NCBI GenBank assembly: GCA_013214665.1
Contig: JABSSA010000043.1
Span: 1-59,448, forward strand
Length of the DNA: 59,448 nucleotides
DNA from: Paracoccaceae bacterium
GTDB taxonomy: Bacteria; Pseudomonadota; Alphaproteobacteria; Rhodobacterales; Rhodobacteraceae
Reading direction: 5' to 3'
The notes below the pieces were generated by a model. It was not told where the DNA came from and did not search any database. It worked only from the letters and a program-made list of their open reading frames with translations. Position 1 is the stretch's first letter, and every line of letters starts with the position of its first letter. Both the position numbers and the translations under genes were made by a program. Of the stretch, positions 27,528 through 37,284 are shown in pieces.

Positions 27528-29132
27528 GTGAAAGTCGATTTCCACTGTTTCGAAGGATACGCCTACGGAGCCACCCAGCCGTCTGTACTTATGCGGTTTG
27601 CGCAAAAAAACGGCAACTGGCCAAACATCTTGAATGGGTTGAAAGGCTTTGCCGAGCTGTTGAAAGTTGGCGACCCAACAGGACTGGCGGACTTAACGCA
27701 CTCTGATGTGAACACAGCTTCAGCCTATCTGTGCCATGTGGTTGGGGCGCTCAATCTCGCCGCCAGAGACCAACGCTTTGGCGATATTCAGATGATAAAG
27801 GGAAATGAAGCGGTCCGGTTTCATTTGCCAACTCTGTCCACGAACCTCACCCAGCAAAACCTTTTGTCGCTCGTCAATTATCTCAACAAAAGACAGGGGC
27901 GGTTTGCCCCGGATCACGCGCTAAAATTCATCGAGATGATCAGAAAGGCTGCTCCGCCACACTTGCCGCGGGGGACCAATGCGGCGAATTTCATCGCGGC
28001 CGCAGCAGCGCGAAAAATCCCGTTTGCCATACATGGCAATGGGTATTTGATGTTTGGCTATGGCAGCGGTTCAACCATATTTGACAGCAGCATCACCGAT
28101 CAGGAAAAATCTATCGGAATAGGGTTTGCACGCAGCAAAGTGCATACAAACTCCTTTTTGAAAACGTGCGGCATTCCTGTGGTTGAACAAGTGCGCATTG
28201 CCTCTTTGGACGATGCTTTCAAGTTTGCCGACCGATGCGGGTATCCGGTTGTTTTGAAGCCCACCGATCAAGAACAGGGGCGGGGGATTTTTGCGAACAT
28301 TCAGAACGCTGAAGACCTGCGGTTCTGTTTTGAAAGTATTTCGGGCACCTACAAAAATCTCATGATCGAAACCCATGCAGTTGGTCATCATTATCGGATC
28401 AACCTTATGGGCGAAGCTGTGATCGAAACATCGATGCGACGTGCTGCTTCTGTGATTGGGGATGGGTCATCGACGTTGCGCGTTTTGATTGGTCGTCTAA
28501 ACCAAGAGCCAGAACGGCTTGATCCGAACTCTGCAATGAAACCCGTCACGTTTGATGCGGATCTGGAGAGATCGCTGAAGAACCAAGGCACAGGGCTACA
28601 GGACATTCCAGAGGCGGGTCAGTCCATTTATCTGCGCTCGATTACCAACGGCAGTCGCGGGGGCACCAAAGTGTTCATTGATCGCGCTGATGTTCATAAA
28701 GAGAATTACGAGCTTTGCTTTGCCGTTGCGCGCGCCATGCGGATCGAGATTGCCGGAATTGACGTGATTTCCCCCGACATTTCTCAACCGTGGTACAGCA
28801 ATGGCGCCGTGATCTGCGAGGTGAACGCCAAGCCGCAACTCGGCAAAGGTGGCACGGAGATCTTTTGGAATATCCTGAAAAACTACCTTGGGCCTGCGCC
28901 AACCATCCGTTTGATGGTGTCGGATGCGCCTGAACCATCAAAGCAATTTCTTTATGATACGCAGCGTTCGGACATCACAGTAAACGTTTCGGCCAAGCAG
29001 GTTTTGAGACATGGGTGCCCAACGCAATATTTTGACGCCTTAGACATAGACGACAGCGTTTCGGATGCTGATCGCGCGCGCCTGAAACGGTTGATGGTCA
29101 GCGTGCCGCTTGTGGACGTTGCCGACGCGTGA
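27528..29132 (+). CDS. Cyanophycin-synthetase-like protein with only the N domain and the ATP-grasp (G) domain; no Mur-ligase-type M domain
   Basis: Collinear with my recollection of CphA1: ARKIPFAIHGNGYLMFGYGSG...CGIPVVEQ...CGYPVVLKPTDQEQGRGI...HHYRINLMGEAV...SVIGDGSSTL...IAGIDVISPDISQP...VICEVNAKPQ. It ends with IRLMVSDAP where CphA1 has IPILAVTGTNGKT. The GTG at 27528 is favoured by N-terminal homology; the track ORF starts at a TTG at 27474. Confidence 0.72.
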   Translation: MKVDFHCFEGYAYGATQPSVLMRFAQKNGNWPNILNGLKGFAELLKVGDPTGLADLTHSDVNTASAYLCHVVGALNLAARDQRFGDIQMIKGNEAVRFHLPTLSTNLTQQNLLSLVNYLNKRQGRFAPDHALKFIEMIRKAAPPHLPRGTNAANFIAAAAARKIPFAIHGNGYLMFGYGSGSTIFDSSITDQEKSIGIGFARSKVHTNSFLKTCGIPVVEQVRIASLDDAFKFADRCGYPVVLKPTDQEQGRGIFANIQNAEDLRFCFESISGTYKNLMIETHAVGHHYRINLMGEAVIETSMRRAASVIGDGSSTLRVLIGRLNQEPERLDPNSAMKPVTFDADLERSLKNQGTGLQDIPEAGQSIYLRSITNGSRGGTKVFIDRADVHKENYELCFAVARAMRIEIAGIDVISPDISQPWYSNGAVICEVNAKPQLGKGGTEIFWNILKNYLGPAPTIRLMVSDAPEPSKQFLYDTQRSDITVNVSAKQVLRHGCPTQYFDALDIDDSVSDADRARLKRLMVSVPLVDVADA

Positions 29133-29231
29133 TGCGTGGACGCAGCCGCAAGTGGGAGATTTTTAACATAATTACCATTAAGTGGCATATTGATGCGCAC
29201 CGCTCGCCCACCAGATTAAGGAGTGGCTCTG

Positions 29232-30662
29232 CTATTCCTGCCCGATACGAAACGGAACTGCACTCCGATCGTTGTGGTTAACCTCTATTGGCCGCGCCAA
29301 TGGAGGCACTGAACGGTGTGCGCAATTGGTACGTTCGCAGACGCGGCAGCCGGTTCCGATGGGTTCAAAACGGGTTTCGTCGTTCACGTCAAAGTTGTCT
29401 GAGTAAACGAGCTGATTTGCGTATTTGGCCTCGCAGCCCAGACCGATGGCGTACTTACGAGGCTGGCTGTTGTAGTTTTTTCCGGGGATGGATTTGCTAA
29501 ATGCCAGGCACAGGTATTTCCGCCCGTCCGGGGTGCTTGCGAACTGTCGCAAAATTTCGTCCTGAGACTCAAACGCTTTGTGCACGTTCCAAAGCGGGCA
29601 GCTGCCGCCGAACCGCGTGAACTGTAAGCTTGTTGCGCTATGGCGCTTGGTGATTGTGCCTGCGCGGTCAATGCGCACAAAGAAAAACGGAATGCCTTTG
29701 TTTCCAGGGCGCTGTAACATGCTGAGCCGGTGGCAGACTTGTTCGCGGCTTGCGTCAAACCGAAAAGCAAGGCGATCAAGGTCGTGACGCGTTTCAGCCG
29801 CCGCTTCCAAAAACTCTCGATACGGTAAGACAACCGCGCCAGCGAAGTAGTTGGCAAACGTCATTCTACAAACTTCGCGGGCGCTCTCGCTGTTGAAATC
29901 CGCTTTGTCCAACAGGTGCTCCATAAGGGCGCCCTGCTCGATCAGCCCAACCTGATACGCCATTTGGAACAGGTTCGTTGCGGGGCTGGACGACGCGCTA
30001 AGGTGAAGCGTTTGAGTGTCTGGATCGTAACGCCGAATGACACCAGCCTCTGCCGCGTTCTTAGTCTCAACCGCGCGAATTCCGTGCGCATCGCTCAGAT
30101 AGTCTGCCAGCAACGTGTGACGTTGGCTATCACTAGACGTCATCGTCTTGGCGAAATCCTCGGCCGCCTGGTCGAGTTCGTCAATGTAGTTGTCTTTGTA
30201 ATGGAAGTAGTCCCGCACTTCTTCGTACGGCAACGGGGCGACGGATGCCTCGGATTGCTCCATTCGGTTGTCAACTTCGCCAAGCTGCGCGCGCGTTTTT
30301 TCGAACATGGCATAAAGATCCAGGAACGCTCGGACCATATTCGGCGCGTTCGAGGCCGCAATCTTTAGTTCCTGCGCTTGGATTCGCGTCTCTGAAAAGA
30401 CCGGGTCGGAGAGAATTTCACCAAGGTCGACAGCGATTCTGCCGGACTCGTCCTGAGCCAGCTCGGAAAGATTGAGCCCGAATTCATTGAAGAGCGCCAG
30501 GATAATTGACGCGGAAAGCGATCGGTTGTTGTTTTCGATCTGGTTGAGATAGCTTGTTGAAACTCCCAACTTTTTGGCGAAATTGGCCTGCGTCAGCTTG
30601 TGCGTTTGGCGCAAATGCCGGATCTGAGCGCCGGCAAAGATTTTTCGCAGTTCATCAGCCAT
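29232..30662 (-). CDS. pccR: Short-chain fatty acyl-CoA regulator (ScfR) family, PccR-like: XRE HTH plus IrrE/ImmA-like and DUF2083-type C-terminal domains
   Basis: IRHLRQTHKLTQANFAKKLGVSTSYLNQIENNNRSLS, 476 aa, C-terminal CRVCERTNCAHRS. Divergent from the phaB...pccBA-mcm string. The symbol is tentative (family-level call). Confidence 0.75.
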   Translation of the reverse strand: MADELRKIFAGAQIRHLRQTHKLTQANFAKKLGVSTSYLNQIENNNRSLSASIILALFNEFGLNLSELAQDESGRIAVDLGEILSDPVFSETRIQAQELKIAASNAPNMVRAFLDLYAMFEKTRAQLGEVDNRMEQSEASVAPLPYEEVRDYFHYKDNYIDELDQAAEDFAKTMTSSDSQRHTLLADYLSDAHGIRAVETKNAAEAGVIRRYDPDTQTLHLSASSSPATNLFQMAYQVGLIEQGALMEHLLDKADFNSESAREVCRMTFANYFAGAVVLPYREFLEAAAETRHDLDRLAFRFDASREQVCHRLSMLQRPGNKGIPFFFVRIDRAGTITKRHSATSLQFTRFGGSCPLWNVHKAFESQDEILRQFASTPDGRKYLCLAFSKSIPGKNYNSQPRKYAIGLGCEAKYANQLVYSDNFDVNDETRFEPIGTGCRVCERTNCAHRSVPPLARPIEVNHNDRSAVPFRIGQE

Positions 30663-30682
30663 TCACTTTTCCACATTTTACT

Positions 30683-30708
30683 TTTCGCATTATGCAATTG
30701 TTTGCAAT
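30683..30708. promoter_or_regulatory. Candidate ScfR operator: reiterated T(T/A)TGCAAT-like octamers
   Basis: TTTCGCAT-TATGCAAT-TG-TTTGCAAT, with the TGCAA cores 10 nt apart, 21-46 nt upstream of the regulator ATG. A further TTCGCAAA lies at 30810-30817, 38 nt before phaB. Confidence 0.4.
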
Positions 30709-30854
30709 GTAACACGTTCAAGCCTTCCTGCACAGACCGTGTTCCACCTAGGAACGAACCCAAAGCCACATAACCGCCCTGTCTTGGATCAGAGCGGTGG
30801 AAGCCACAATTCGCAAACGCCTCAGAAGCAAGGCAAAAAGAAAGGGACTGACAC

Positions 30855-31580
30855 ATGGCAAAAGTTGCTTTGGTCACCGGTGGAACCCGCGGCATAGGCG
30901 CCGCGATAAGTGTGGCGCTGAAAGACGCAGGTTATGCGGTTGCCGCAAACTATGCTGGGAATGAAGAGGCTGCTGCGAAGTTTACCGAAGAAACGGGCAT
31001 CAAAGCGTTCAAGTGGTCCGTCGCAGATTACGAAGAATGCTTGGCCGGTGTCGCAAAGGTAGAGGCAGATCTCGGCCCGGTTGATGTACTGGTGAACAAT
31101 GCCGGGATCACGCGGGATGCCATGTTTCACAAGCTGACCAAAGAAAAGTGGGACGCCGTAATCGGCACCAACCTCAACGGTCTTTTCCACATGACCCATC
31201 CGGTTTGGGGCGGGATGCGCGAACGCAAATTCGGACGCGTCATCAATATCTCTTCCGTTAACGGGCAAAAGGGACAGGCCGGTCAATCCAACTATTCCTC
31301 TGCGAAAGCGGGCGACATCGGCTTTACACGCTCGCTCGCACAAGAAGGCGCTCGGGCGGGTATCACCGTGAACGCCGTCTGCCCGGGATACATCGGCACC
31401 GAGATGGTGCGGGCCATCGACGAGTATGTTTTGAACAAACACATTCTGCCGCAGATCCCAGTGGGACGGTTGGGTGAGCCGGAAGAAATTGCGCGTTGCG
31501 TCGTGTTTCTTGCCTCAGAAGAGGCGGGTTTCATCACAGGCTCCACGATCTCGGCCAATGGCGGCCAGTACTTCAGCTAA
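30855..31580 (+). CDS. phaB: Acetoacetyl-CoA reductase (NADPH)
   Basis: MAKVALVTGGTRGIGAAIS...NNAGITRD...YSSAKAG...; 241 aa. Confidence 0.9.
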   Translation: MAKVALVTGGTRGIGAAISVALKDAGYAVAANYAGNEEAAAKFTEETGIKAFKWSVADYEECLAGVAKVEADLGPVDVLVNNAGITRDAMFHKLTKEKWDAVIGTNLNGLFHMTHPVWGGMRERKFGRVINISSVNGQKGQAGQSNYSSAKAGDIGFTRSLAQEGARAGITVNAVCPGYIGTEMVRAIDEYVLNKHILPQIPVGRLGEPEEIARCVVFLASEEAGFITGSTISANGGQYFS

Positions 31581-31604
31581 CGCTGGTCGCTTAGGGAGGA
31601 CATC

Positions 31605-33500
31605 ATGAGCACTTACAAAGACGAGTACGCGGGTTGGCAATCTGATCCGGAGGCTTACTGGTGCGAAGCGGCTCAAGCTGTTGACTGGTTTCGCGCACCG
31701 CAGCGTATTCTGGATGACAGCAAAGCGCCGATTTACACGTGGTTTGCCGATGCTGAGGCCAACACGTGCTACAATGCCATCGACCGCCATGTCGAAAATG
31801 GCCGCGGCGATCAGGCGGCGATCATCTACGATAGCCCGGTGACGGACACCAAAACTTCGATCACCTACAACGCCCTGTTGGATCAGGTGTCACGCTTGGC
31901 GGGTGTTCTTGCTTCAAAAGGTGTGACCAAAGGCGACCGTGTCGTGATCTATATGCCGATGGTGCCAGATGCGTTAGTTGCCATGTTGGCCTGCGCCCGA
32001 ATTGGCGCCGTGCATTCGGTTGTGTTTGGTGGCTTTGCTGCGCACGAACTGGCTGTGCGGATCAATGACGCTGCGCCTAAGGCGGTTCTTAGCGCGTCTT
32101 GCGGGATCGAAGGCAAGCGCATTATCGAATACAAACCGCTGCTTGACGAGGCAATTGCGCAGTCTGAAAACAAGCCGGAATTTACCGTCATTTTGCAGCG
32201 CCCTCAGGTCAAAGCTTCAATGGTTGAGGGGCGTGATCTGGATTGGGCAGACGCCATATCAAACGCCGACCCTGTTGGATGCGCATCGGTTGGTGGGGCC
32301 GACCCTCTTTATATTCTCTATACGTCGGGCACGACGGGTCAGCCCAAAGGCGTCGTACGCCATAGTGGTGGGCATATGGTGGCGCTGCTTTGGTCGATGA
32401 AAAACCTCTATAATGTGCAGGCCGGGGATGTGTTCTGGGCCGCCTCTGACGTGGGTTGGGTCGTGGGTCACAGCTATATCTGTTATGCGCCGCTTCTTGC
32501 GGGCTGCACGACCATGGTATTTGAGGGCAAGCCGGTTGGCACACCCAATCCGGGGACGTTTTGGCGGATCATCGAAGAGCACAAGGTCAAGGTTCTGTTC
32601 ACGGCGCCGACTGCCCTGCGCGCGATTAAGCGCGAAGATCCCAACGCAGAGTATCTCAAGAAATATGATCTCAGCGGCATGGACGCTCTGTTTCTCGCGG
32701 GCGAACGCGCTGATCCCGACACGATCAACTGGGCGCAAACACATCTGCAAAAGCCAGTTGTTGACCATTGGTGGCAGACGGAAACCGGTTGGGCCATTGC
32801 AGCAAACCCGCTTGGGATTGAAGAGCTTCCCATCAAGCCCGGATCGCCTGCCGTGCCGATGCCCGGCTATCAGGTCGAGATCTTAGATGATGCCGGTCAC
32901 CCTGTCGCGCCTGGAACGCTGGGGGCTATTGCTATCAAACTCCCCCTGCCCCCCGGCACTTTGCCAACGCTTTGGAATGCCGACGACCGGTTCAAGAAAA
33001 GCTATCTTGAGGCGTTCCCAGGTTACTATGAAATAGGTGACGCGGGCATGGTTGATGAAGATGGGTATGTCTACATCATGGCCCGCACCGACGATGTGAT
33101 CAACGTCGCGGGCCACCGCTTGTCGACAGGCGCGATGGAAGAAGTCTTGGCTGCGCATCCGGATGTTGCTGAATGCGCTGTGATCGGGATTGGCGACAAG
33201 CTGAAAGGCCAATCTCCTCTCGGTCTGATCTGCCTGAATGCAGGTGTGGATCGCGCAGAGGCCGATCTGCAAAAAGAGTGCGTTTCGCTGGTGCGACATG
33301 AAATCGGGCCGGTCGCAGCATTCAAACAGTGTCTTGTCGTCGATGCGCTGCCCAAAACCCGCTCGGGCAAAATACTGCGGGGCACCATGGTGTCGATTGC
33401 CGACGGCACCCCGTGGAAAATGCCAGCAACAATTGATGATCCAACAACCCTTGATGCCATTGCCGAACGGATCGGTGGCCTTGGTGAGCAAACAAGCTGA
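31605..33500 (+). CDS. prpE: Propionate--CoA ligase (propionyl-CoA synthetase)
   Basis: Collinear with E. coli PrpE as I recall it: ...FW.EAA..VDW...W F...NTCYNAIDRH...ACARIGAVHSVVFGGFAAHELA.RI.DA.PK...YTSGTTGQPKGV...DDVINVAGHRL...LPKTRSGKILR. 631 aa. Confidence 0.85.
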   Translation: MSTYKDEYAGWQSDPEAYWCEAAQAVDWFRAPQRILDDSKAPIYTWFADAEANTCYNAIDRHVENGRGDQAAIIYDSPVTDTKTSITYNALLDQVSRLAGVLASKGVTKGDRVVIYMPMVPDALVAMLACARIGAVHSVVFGGFAAHELAVRINDAAPKAVLSASCGIEGKRIIEYKPLLDEAIAQSENKPEFTVILQRPQVKASMVEGRDLDWADAISNADPVGCASVGGADPLYILYTSGTTGQPKGVVRHSGGHMVALLWSMKNLYNVQAGDVFWAASDVGWVVGHSYICYAPLLAGCTTMVFEGKPVGTPNPGTFWRIIEEHKVKVLFTAPTALRAIKREDPNAEYLKKYDLSGMDALFLAGERADPDTINWAQTHLQKPVVDHWWQTETGWAIAANPLGIEELPIKPGSPAVPMPGYQVEILDDAGHPVAPGTLGAIAIKLPLPPGTLPTLWNADDRFKKSYLEAFPGYYEIGDAGMVDEDGYVYIMARTDDVINVAGHRLSTGAMEEVLAAHPDVAECAVIGIGDKLKGQSPLGLICLNAGVDRAEADLQKECVSLVRHEIGPVAAFKQCLVVDALPKTRSGKILRGTMVSIADGTPWKMPATIDDPTTLDAIAERIGGLGEQTS

Positions 33501-33520
33501 TTTGAGCAAAGGATATAGCT

Positions 33521-34705
33521 ATGGCGAATGACGTTGTAATTCTGGACGGGGCCCGCACCGCAATCGGCACCTTCGGCGGGTCTCTGGCAGGAACAGCCCC
33601 CACAGCTTTGGCGACGGCGGTGGCGAAAGAAGCCATGGCGCGGTCTGAAGTTGACCCGGCGCAAATTGGTGCTTCTGTATTTGGGCATGTCATCAACACA
33701 GAAGCACGTGACATGTATTTGGGTCGTGTGGCTGCGGTGGATGCAGGCGTGCCGGAAGAAGCGACCGGGCTGACCGTGAACCGGCTCTGTGGCTCTGGGG
33801 CGCAGGCCATCGTGAATGCGGCACAGCATATCATGCTGGGCGATGTGGATTATGCATTGGCGGGCGGTGCCGAAAGCATGTCGCGTGCGCCGCACTCCAC
33901 ACAGTCCATTCGCACGGGCCAGAAAATGGGTGATGTGTCCTTTACCGATATGATGATCGGGGCGCTCAACGATCCATTTGGTGTCGGTCATATGGGCGTA
34001 ACTGCAGAAAATGTGGCCGCTGAAAACCAAATCAGCCGAGAGCAGCAAGATGCCTTTGCCGTTGAAAGCCAACGCCGGGCCGCCGCCGCGATCGAGGCGG
34101 GGCACTTCAAAAGCCAGATCCTACCGATTGAGGTGAAAGTGCGCCGCGAGATGGTTCCTTTTGACACTGACGAACATGTCAAAACCGGCACCACGATGGA
34201 AAGCCTGGCCAAACTGCGCCCTGCTTTCCAAAAAGACGGATCGGTCACAGCGGGCAATGCCTCTGGCATTAATGACGGCGCCGCAGCGCTGGTTCTGGCC
34301 TCGGCCGAAGCCGCGGAACAGGCGGGCCTGAAACCTCGGGCGAAACTGTTGGGCTACGCGATCGCAGGCGTGCGGCACGAAGTGATGGGCATCGGCCCTA
34401 TCCCCGCTGTCACCAAGTTGATGGAAAAGATCGACATGTCGGCGGACCAGTTTGACGTCATTGAATCCAACGAAGCTTTTGCGGCGCAGGCCTGTGCGGT
34501 GAACGCGGGTTTGGGGCTCAATACCGACAAGGTGAACCCTAACGGTGGCGCTATTGCTTTGGGCCATCCGATTGGCGCAACCGGCGCGATCATCTCCGTC
34601 AAAACGCTTTACGAATTGGAGCGAGTTGGCGGTCAGTTTGGCCTCGTCACCATGTGCATCGGCGGCGGTCAGGGCATCGCCTTGGCCTTTGAAAGCCTGA
34701 AATAA
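33521..34705 (+). CDS. Acetyl-CoA C-acetyl/acyltransferase (biosynthetic thiolase, PhaA/BktB-like)
   Basis: NRLCGSGAQAI (active Cys), NEAFAAQ, GHPIGATG, CIGGGQG. Confidence 0.9.
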   Translation: MANDVVILDGARTAIGTFGGSLAGTAPTALATAVAKEAMARSEVDPAQIGASVFGHVINTEARDMYLGRVAAVDAGVPEEATGLTVNRLCGSGAQAIVNAAQHIMLGDVDYALAGGAESMSRAPHSTQSIRTGQKMGDVSFTDMMIGALNDPFGVGHMGVTAENVAAENQISREQQDAFAVESQRRAAAAIEAGHFKSQILPIEVKVRREMVPFDTDEHVKTGTTMESLAKLRPAFQKDGSVTAGNASGINDGAAALVLASAEAAEQAGLKPRAKLLGYAIAGVRHEVMGIGPIPAVTKLMEKIDMSADQFDVIESNEAFAAQACAVNAGLGLNTDKVNPNGGAIALGHPIGATGAIISVKTLYELERVGGQFGLVTMCIGGGQGIALAFESLK

Positions 34706-34774
34706 GCGCCTTTTGGCTGGCGCTCCGATGTTGGTGCGCCAGCCACTTTTCCCGCTGATGATTTGGACGAACTC

Positions 34775-36556
34775 ATGTTAGATTCTGCTGCTATCGAAAC
34801 AACACCGCCTGGCCTGCCAAAAACGGCCCTTCGCATGATCGAGCTTGGCCAGCGCGCGGTAGCGGTCAGTGCCAAGATGCAGTCGCGAACCGTGGCGCAG
34901 GCCACGGGCGCGGAATACTCCCTTATAGATGCGGCGACCCTGACCAAAGCATACGCTAGTTTCTGGACCGGTCTTGCCACGGATCCTGACAAGCTTTTGT
35001 CGATGCACATGCGGATGAGCAGCGCGCTAGCCAATATGTGGACAACTATGTTGCCCGGCGGTGCGTCAACCGAAGATGGCCGAGACCGTCGGTTCGCGGA
35101 TGACAGTTGGTCAGACGATCCTGTGTCCAAGGCGTACCGCGATACGTTTCTCGCGTTCGAAGAGACAGTTACCACCCTGATTGAGGACCTAACGGATGAC
35201 AGCCGCGACGATTTGCGAGTGAATTTCTATACGCGGCAAGCGCTTAGCGCGTTGTCGCCGTCCAACTATTTGGCGACCAATGCCGCGGCCCGCACAAAGA
35301 TGATCGAAACGCAGGGCGAAAGCGTTTTGAACGGGCTGGAAAACCTGCTTGAAGATCTCGAACACGGCGAAGGCAGGCTTGACATCGCGACCAATGACGC
35401 GACCGCCTTTGAGGTTGGCGTAGATCTTGCGACCACCGCGGGTGAGGTCGTCTTTCAGAATGATTTGATCCAGCTGATCCAATATCACCCACGAACGGAA
35501 GCTCAGCACAAAGTGCCGATGCTGCTGGTTCCAGCTTGGATCAACAAGTTCTACATCATGGATTTGCGCCCGCAAAACAGCCTCGTCCGCTATTTGCTGG
35601 ATCAGGGCCACTCCGTTTTTATCATTTCCTGGGTCAATCCGACGGAAGAGCATGCCGATCTGGATTTCTCCGATTACATGAAGCTTGGTCCGCTCACAGC
35701 GCTTGACGTTGTCCGCGACATCACCGGCGCAGAGAAAGCGAATGTGCTGGGCTTTTGCATCGGCGGCATTCTGGTCACGGCGATGCTTGGGTATCTGGCT
35801 GCGACGGGTCAGGACCGGGTCAATTCGGTGACGACCCTTGCGACAATGGTCGATTTTTCAGACGTGGGCGAGATTGGCGTCTTTATCGACGACAACCGTT
35901 TGGAGGCCCTGCGCACGCATATGGCCGAGACCGGATACCTGGAGGCCCATCACCTTCAGGACATGTTTTCGATGCTGCGTGAAAACGATCTGATCTGGTC
36001 GTTTTTTGATCGCAACTATCTGCGCGGTGAAAAGCCTGCCCCCTTCGATCTTCTCTACTGGAATTCAGATTCCACGCGGCTGCCGCGCGCGATGCTGCTT
36101 TGGTATCTTGAGCAGGTTTATTTGCAGAACAAGTTGCGCCAGCCCGGTGGCCTGGAGATGGATGGCGTCAAGATTGACATTCGCAAAGTCGAAACGCCGT
36201 TCTTTGTGCTGGCCACCGAAGATGACCATATCGCGCCTTGGCGGTCGATTTATCCCGCCACAGACCTGTTGGGTGGCGAGGTCGAGTTCGTTCTGGGTGG
36301 GTCGGGCCATATCGCAGGCGTGATCAATCCGCCGGGCAAGCGCATGAAATACGGCTATCGAACAGCCGCCTCATACCAAGACAACGCAGACGAATTCCTG
36401 ACCCTGGCCGACGTTCATCAAGGCAGCTGGTGGCCGCATCTGAACACTTGGTTGATCGGCAAAGACGGGCAGACAGTGCCCGCAAGAAAGCCCGCGAAAC
36501 GCGGCAAATACAAATCCATCGAGGCGGCCCCAGGCAGCTTTGTGACAGCAACCTAA
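34775..36556 (+). CDS. phaC: Class I poly(3-hydroxyalkanoate) synthase
   Basis: Lipase-box GFCIGG, about 593 aa, and LLVPAWINKFYIMDL. The first ATG is at 34775; the track start at 34763 is a TTG. Confidence 0.9.
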   Translation: MLDSAAIETTPPGLPKTALRMIELGQRAVAVSAKMQSRTVAQATGAEYSLIDAATLTKAYASFWTGLATDPDKLLSMHMRMSSALANMWTTMLPGGASTEDGRDRRFADDSWSDDPVSKAYRDTFLAFEETVTTLIEDLTDDSRDDLRVNFYTRQALSALSPSNYLATNAAARTKMIETQGESVLNGLENLLEDLEHGEGRLDIATNDATAFEVGVDLATTAGEVVFQNDLIQLIQYHPRTEAQHKVPMLLVPAWINKFYIMDLRPQNSLVRYLLDQGHSVFIISWVNPTEEHADLDFSDYMKLGPLTALDVVRDITGAEKANVLGFCIGGILVTAMLGYLAATGQDRVNSVTTLATMVDFSDVGEIGVFIDDNRLEALRTHMAETGYLEAHHLQDMFSMLRENDLIWSFFDRNYLRGEKPAPFDLLYWNSDSTRLPRAMLLWYLEQVYLQNKLRQPGGLEMDGVKIDIRKVETPFFVLATEDDHIAPWRSIYPATDLLGGEVEFVLGGSGHIAGVINPPGKRMKYGYRTAASYQDNADEFLTLADVHQGSWWPHLNTWLIGKDGQTVPARKPAKRGKYKSIEAAPGSFVTAT

Positions 36557-36591
36557 TCGTTAACAACTCAGCCAAGCCAGGGAGAGACTTG

Positions 36592-37230
36592 ATGACCACA
36601 ACCACCCTACACCCCGTTCTAAGTGATGTTTTCTGGCGCGCCGAGGCGAACCAGATTTGGGTAAAGCGATTGGTGCTTCTTGTGACTGGCGTCGCAGCCC
36701 TTTGGCTTTCGGCAAAGATACAGATTGCAACGGTCGCCGTGCCAGTGACGTTGCAAATGTTGGTCATCATGGTGATCGGTGCCGCATATGGCCCGCGGCT
36801 CGCTGCAGCCACAGTCGCGTCTTACATCGTTCTTGGGATGCAAGGGTTGCCCGTCTTTGCGGGAACGCCTGAAAAGGGCATCGGCATGGCCTATGTGATG
36901 GGCCCGACCGGTGGCTATATCTTGGGCTTTTTGATCGCCGCCTACGCGGTTGGCCTTTTGGCGCGCGCGGGCTGGGACCGTTCGCCAATCAAGATGGCCG
37001 CTGCAATGGGCGTTGGGATCCTTTGCGTCTATGTGCCGGGGGTGATCTGGCTGTGCGCAGGTTTCTCTCTCTTGGGTGGCGGTGCTGAAGGCGCTTTCAC
37101 CGGTTATGGCTGGGCCAATTGGTACGCCTACGGCGTCAAGACATTCATCTGGGTTGATGCGCTCAAACTGGTATTGGCTGTGATCGCCTTTCCAACGCTG
37201 TGGCGTCTTGTCGGAAATGCGCGCCTCTGA
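36592..37230 (+). CDS. bioY: Biotin transporter BioY (ECF S-component-like)
   Basis: VPVTLQMLVIMVIGAAYGPRLAAATV..LGMQGLPVFAG...GPTGGYILGF. GGGAGAG RBS. The upstream part of the track ORF overlaps phaC and is spurious. Confidence 0.88.
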   Translation: MTTTTLHPVLSDVFWRAEANQIWVKRLVLLVTGVAALWLSAKIQIATVAVPVTLQMLVIMVIGAAYGPRLAAATVASYIVLGMQGLPVFAGTPEKGIGMAYVMGPTGGYILGFLIAAYAVGLLARAGWDRSPIKMAAAMGVGILCVYVPGVIWLCAGFSLLGGGAEGAFTGYGWANWYAYGVKTFIWVDALKLVLAVIAFPTLWRLVGNARL

Positions 37231-37284
37231 TCGCGCACCGGCGAAACCCTAGAAAAACAACACACAAAAATAGGAGTGGGTGGC

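Noticed and set aside
33071-34105. A 344-aa minus-strand ORF. Similar long antisense ORFs include 8011..8796(+), 40762..41553(-), 52805..53716(+), 14452..15108(-) and 38541..39194(-).
   Set aside because: Each lies entirely antisense to a gene with unmistakable family motifs (prpE/thiolase, bchN, mcm, ccoN, bchP, pccB/pccA). The translations are Arg/Pro/Gly-rich and of low complexity, which is typical of open antisense frames in high-GC DNA.
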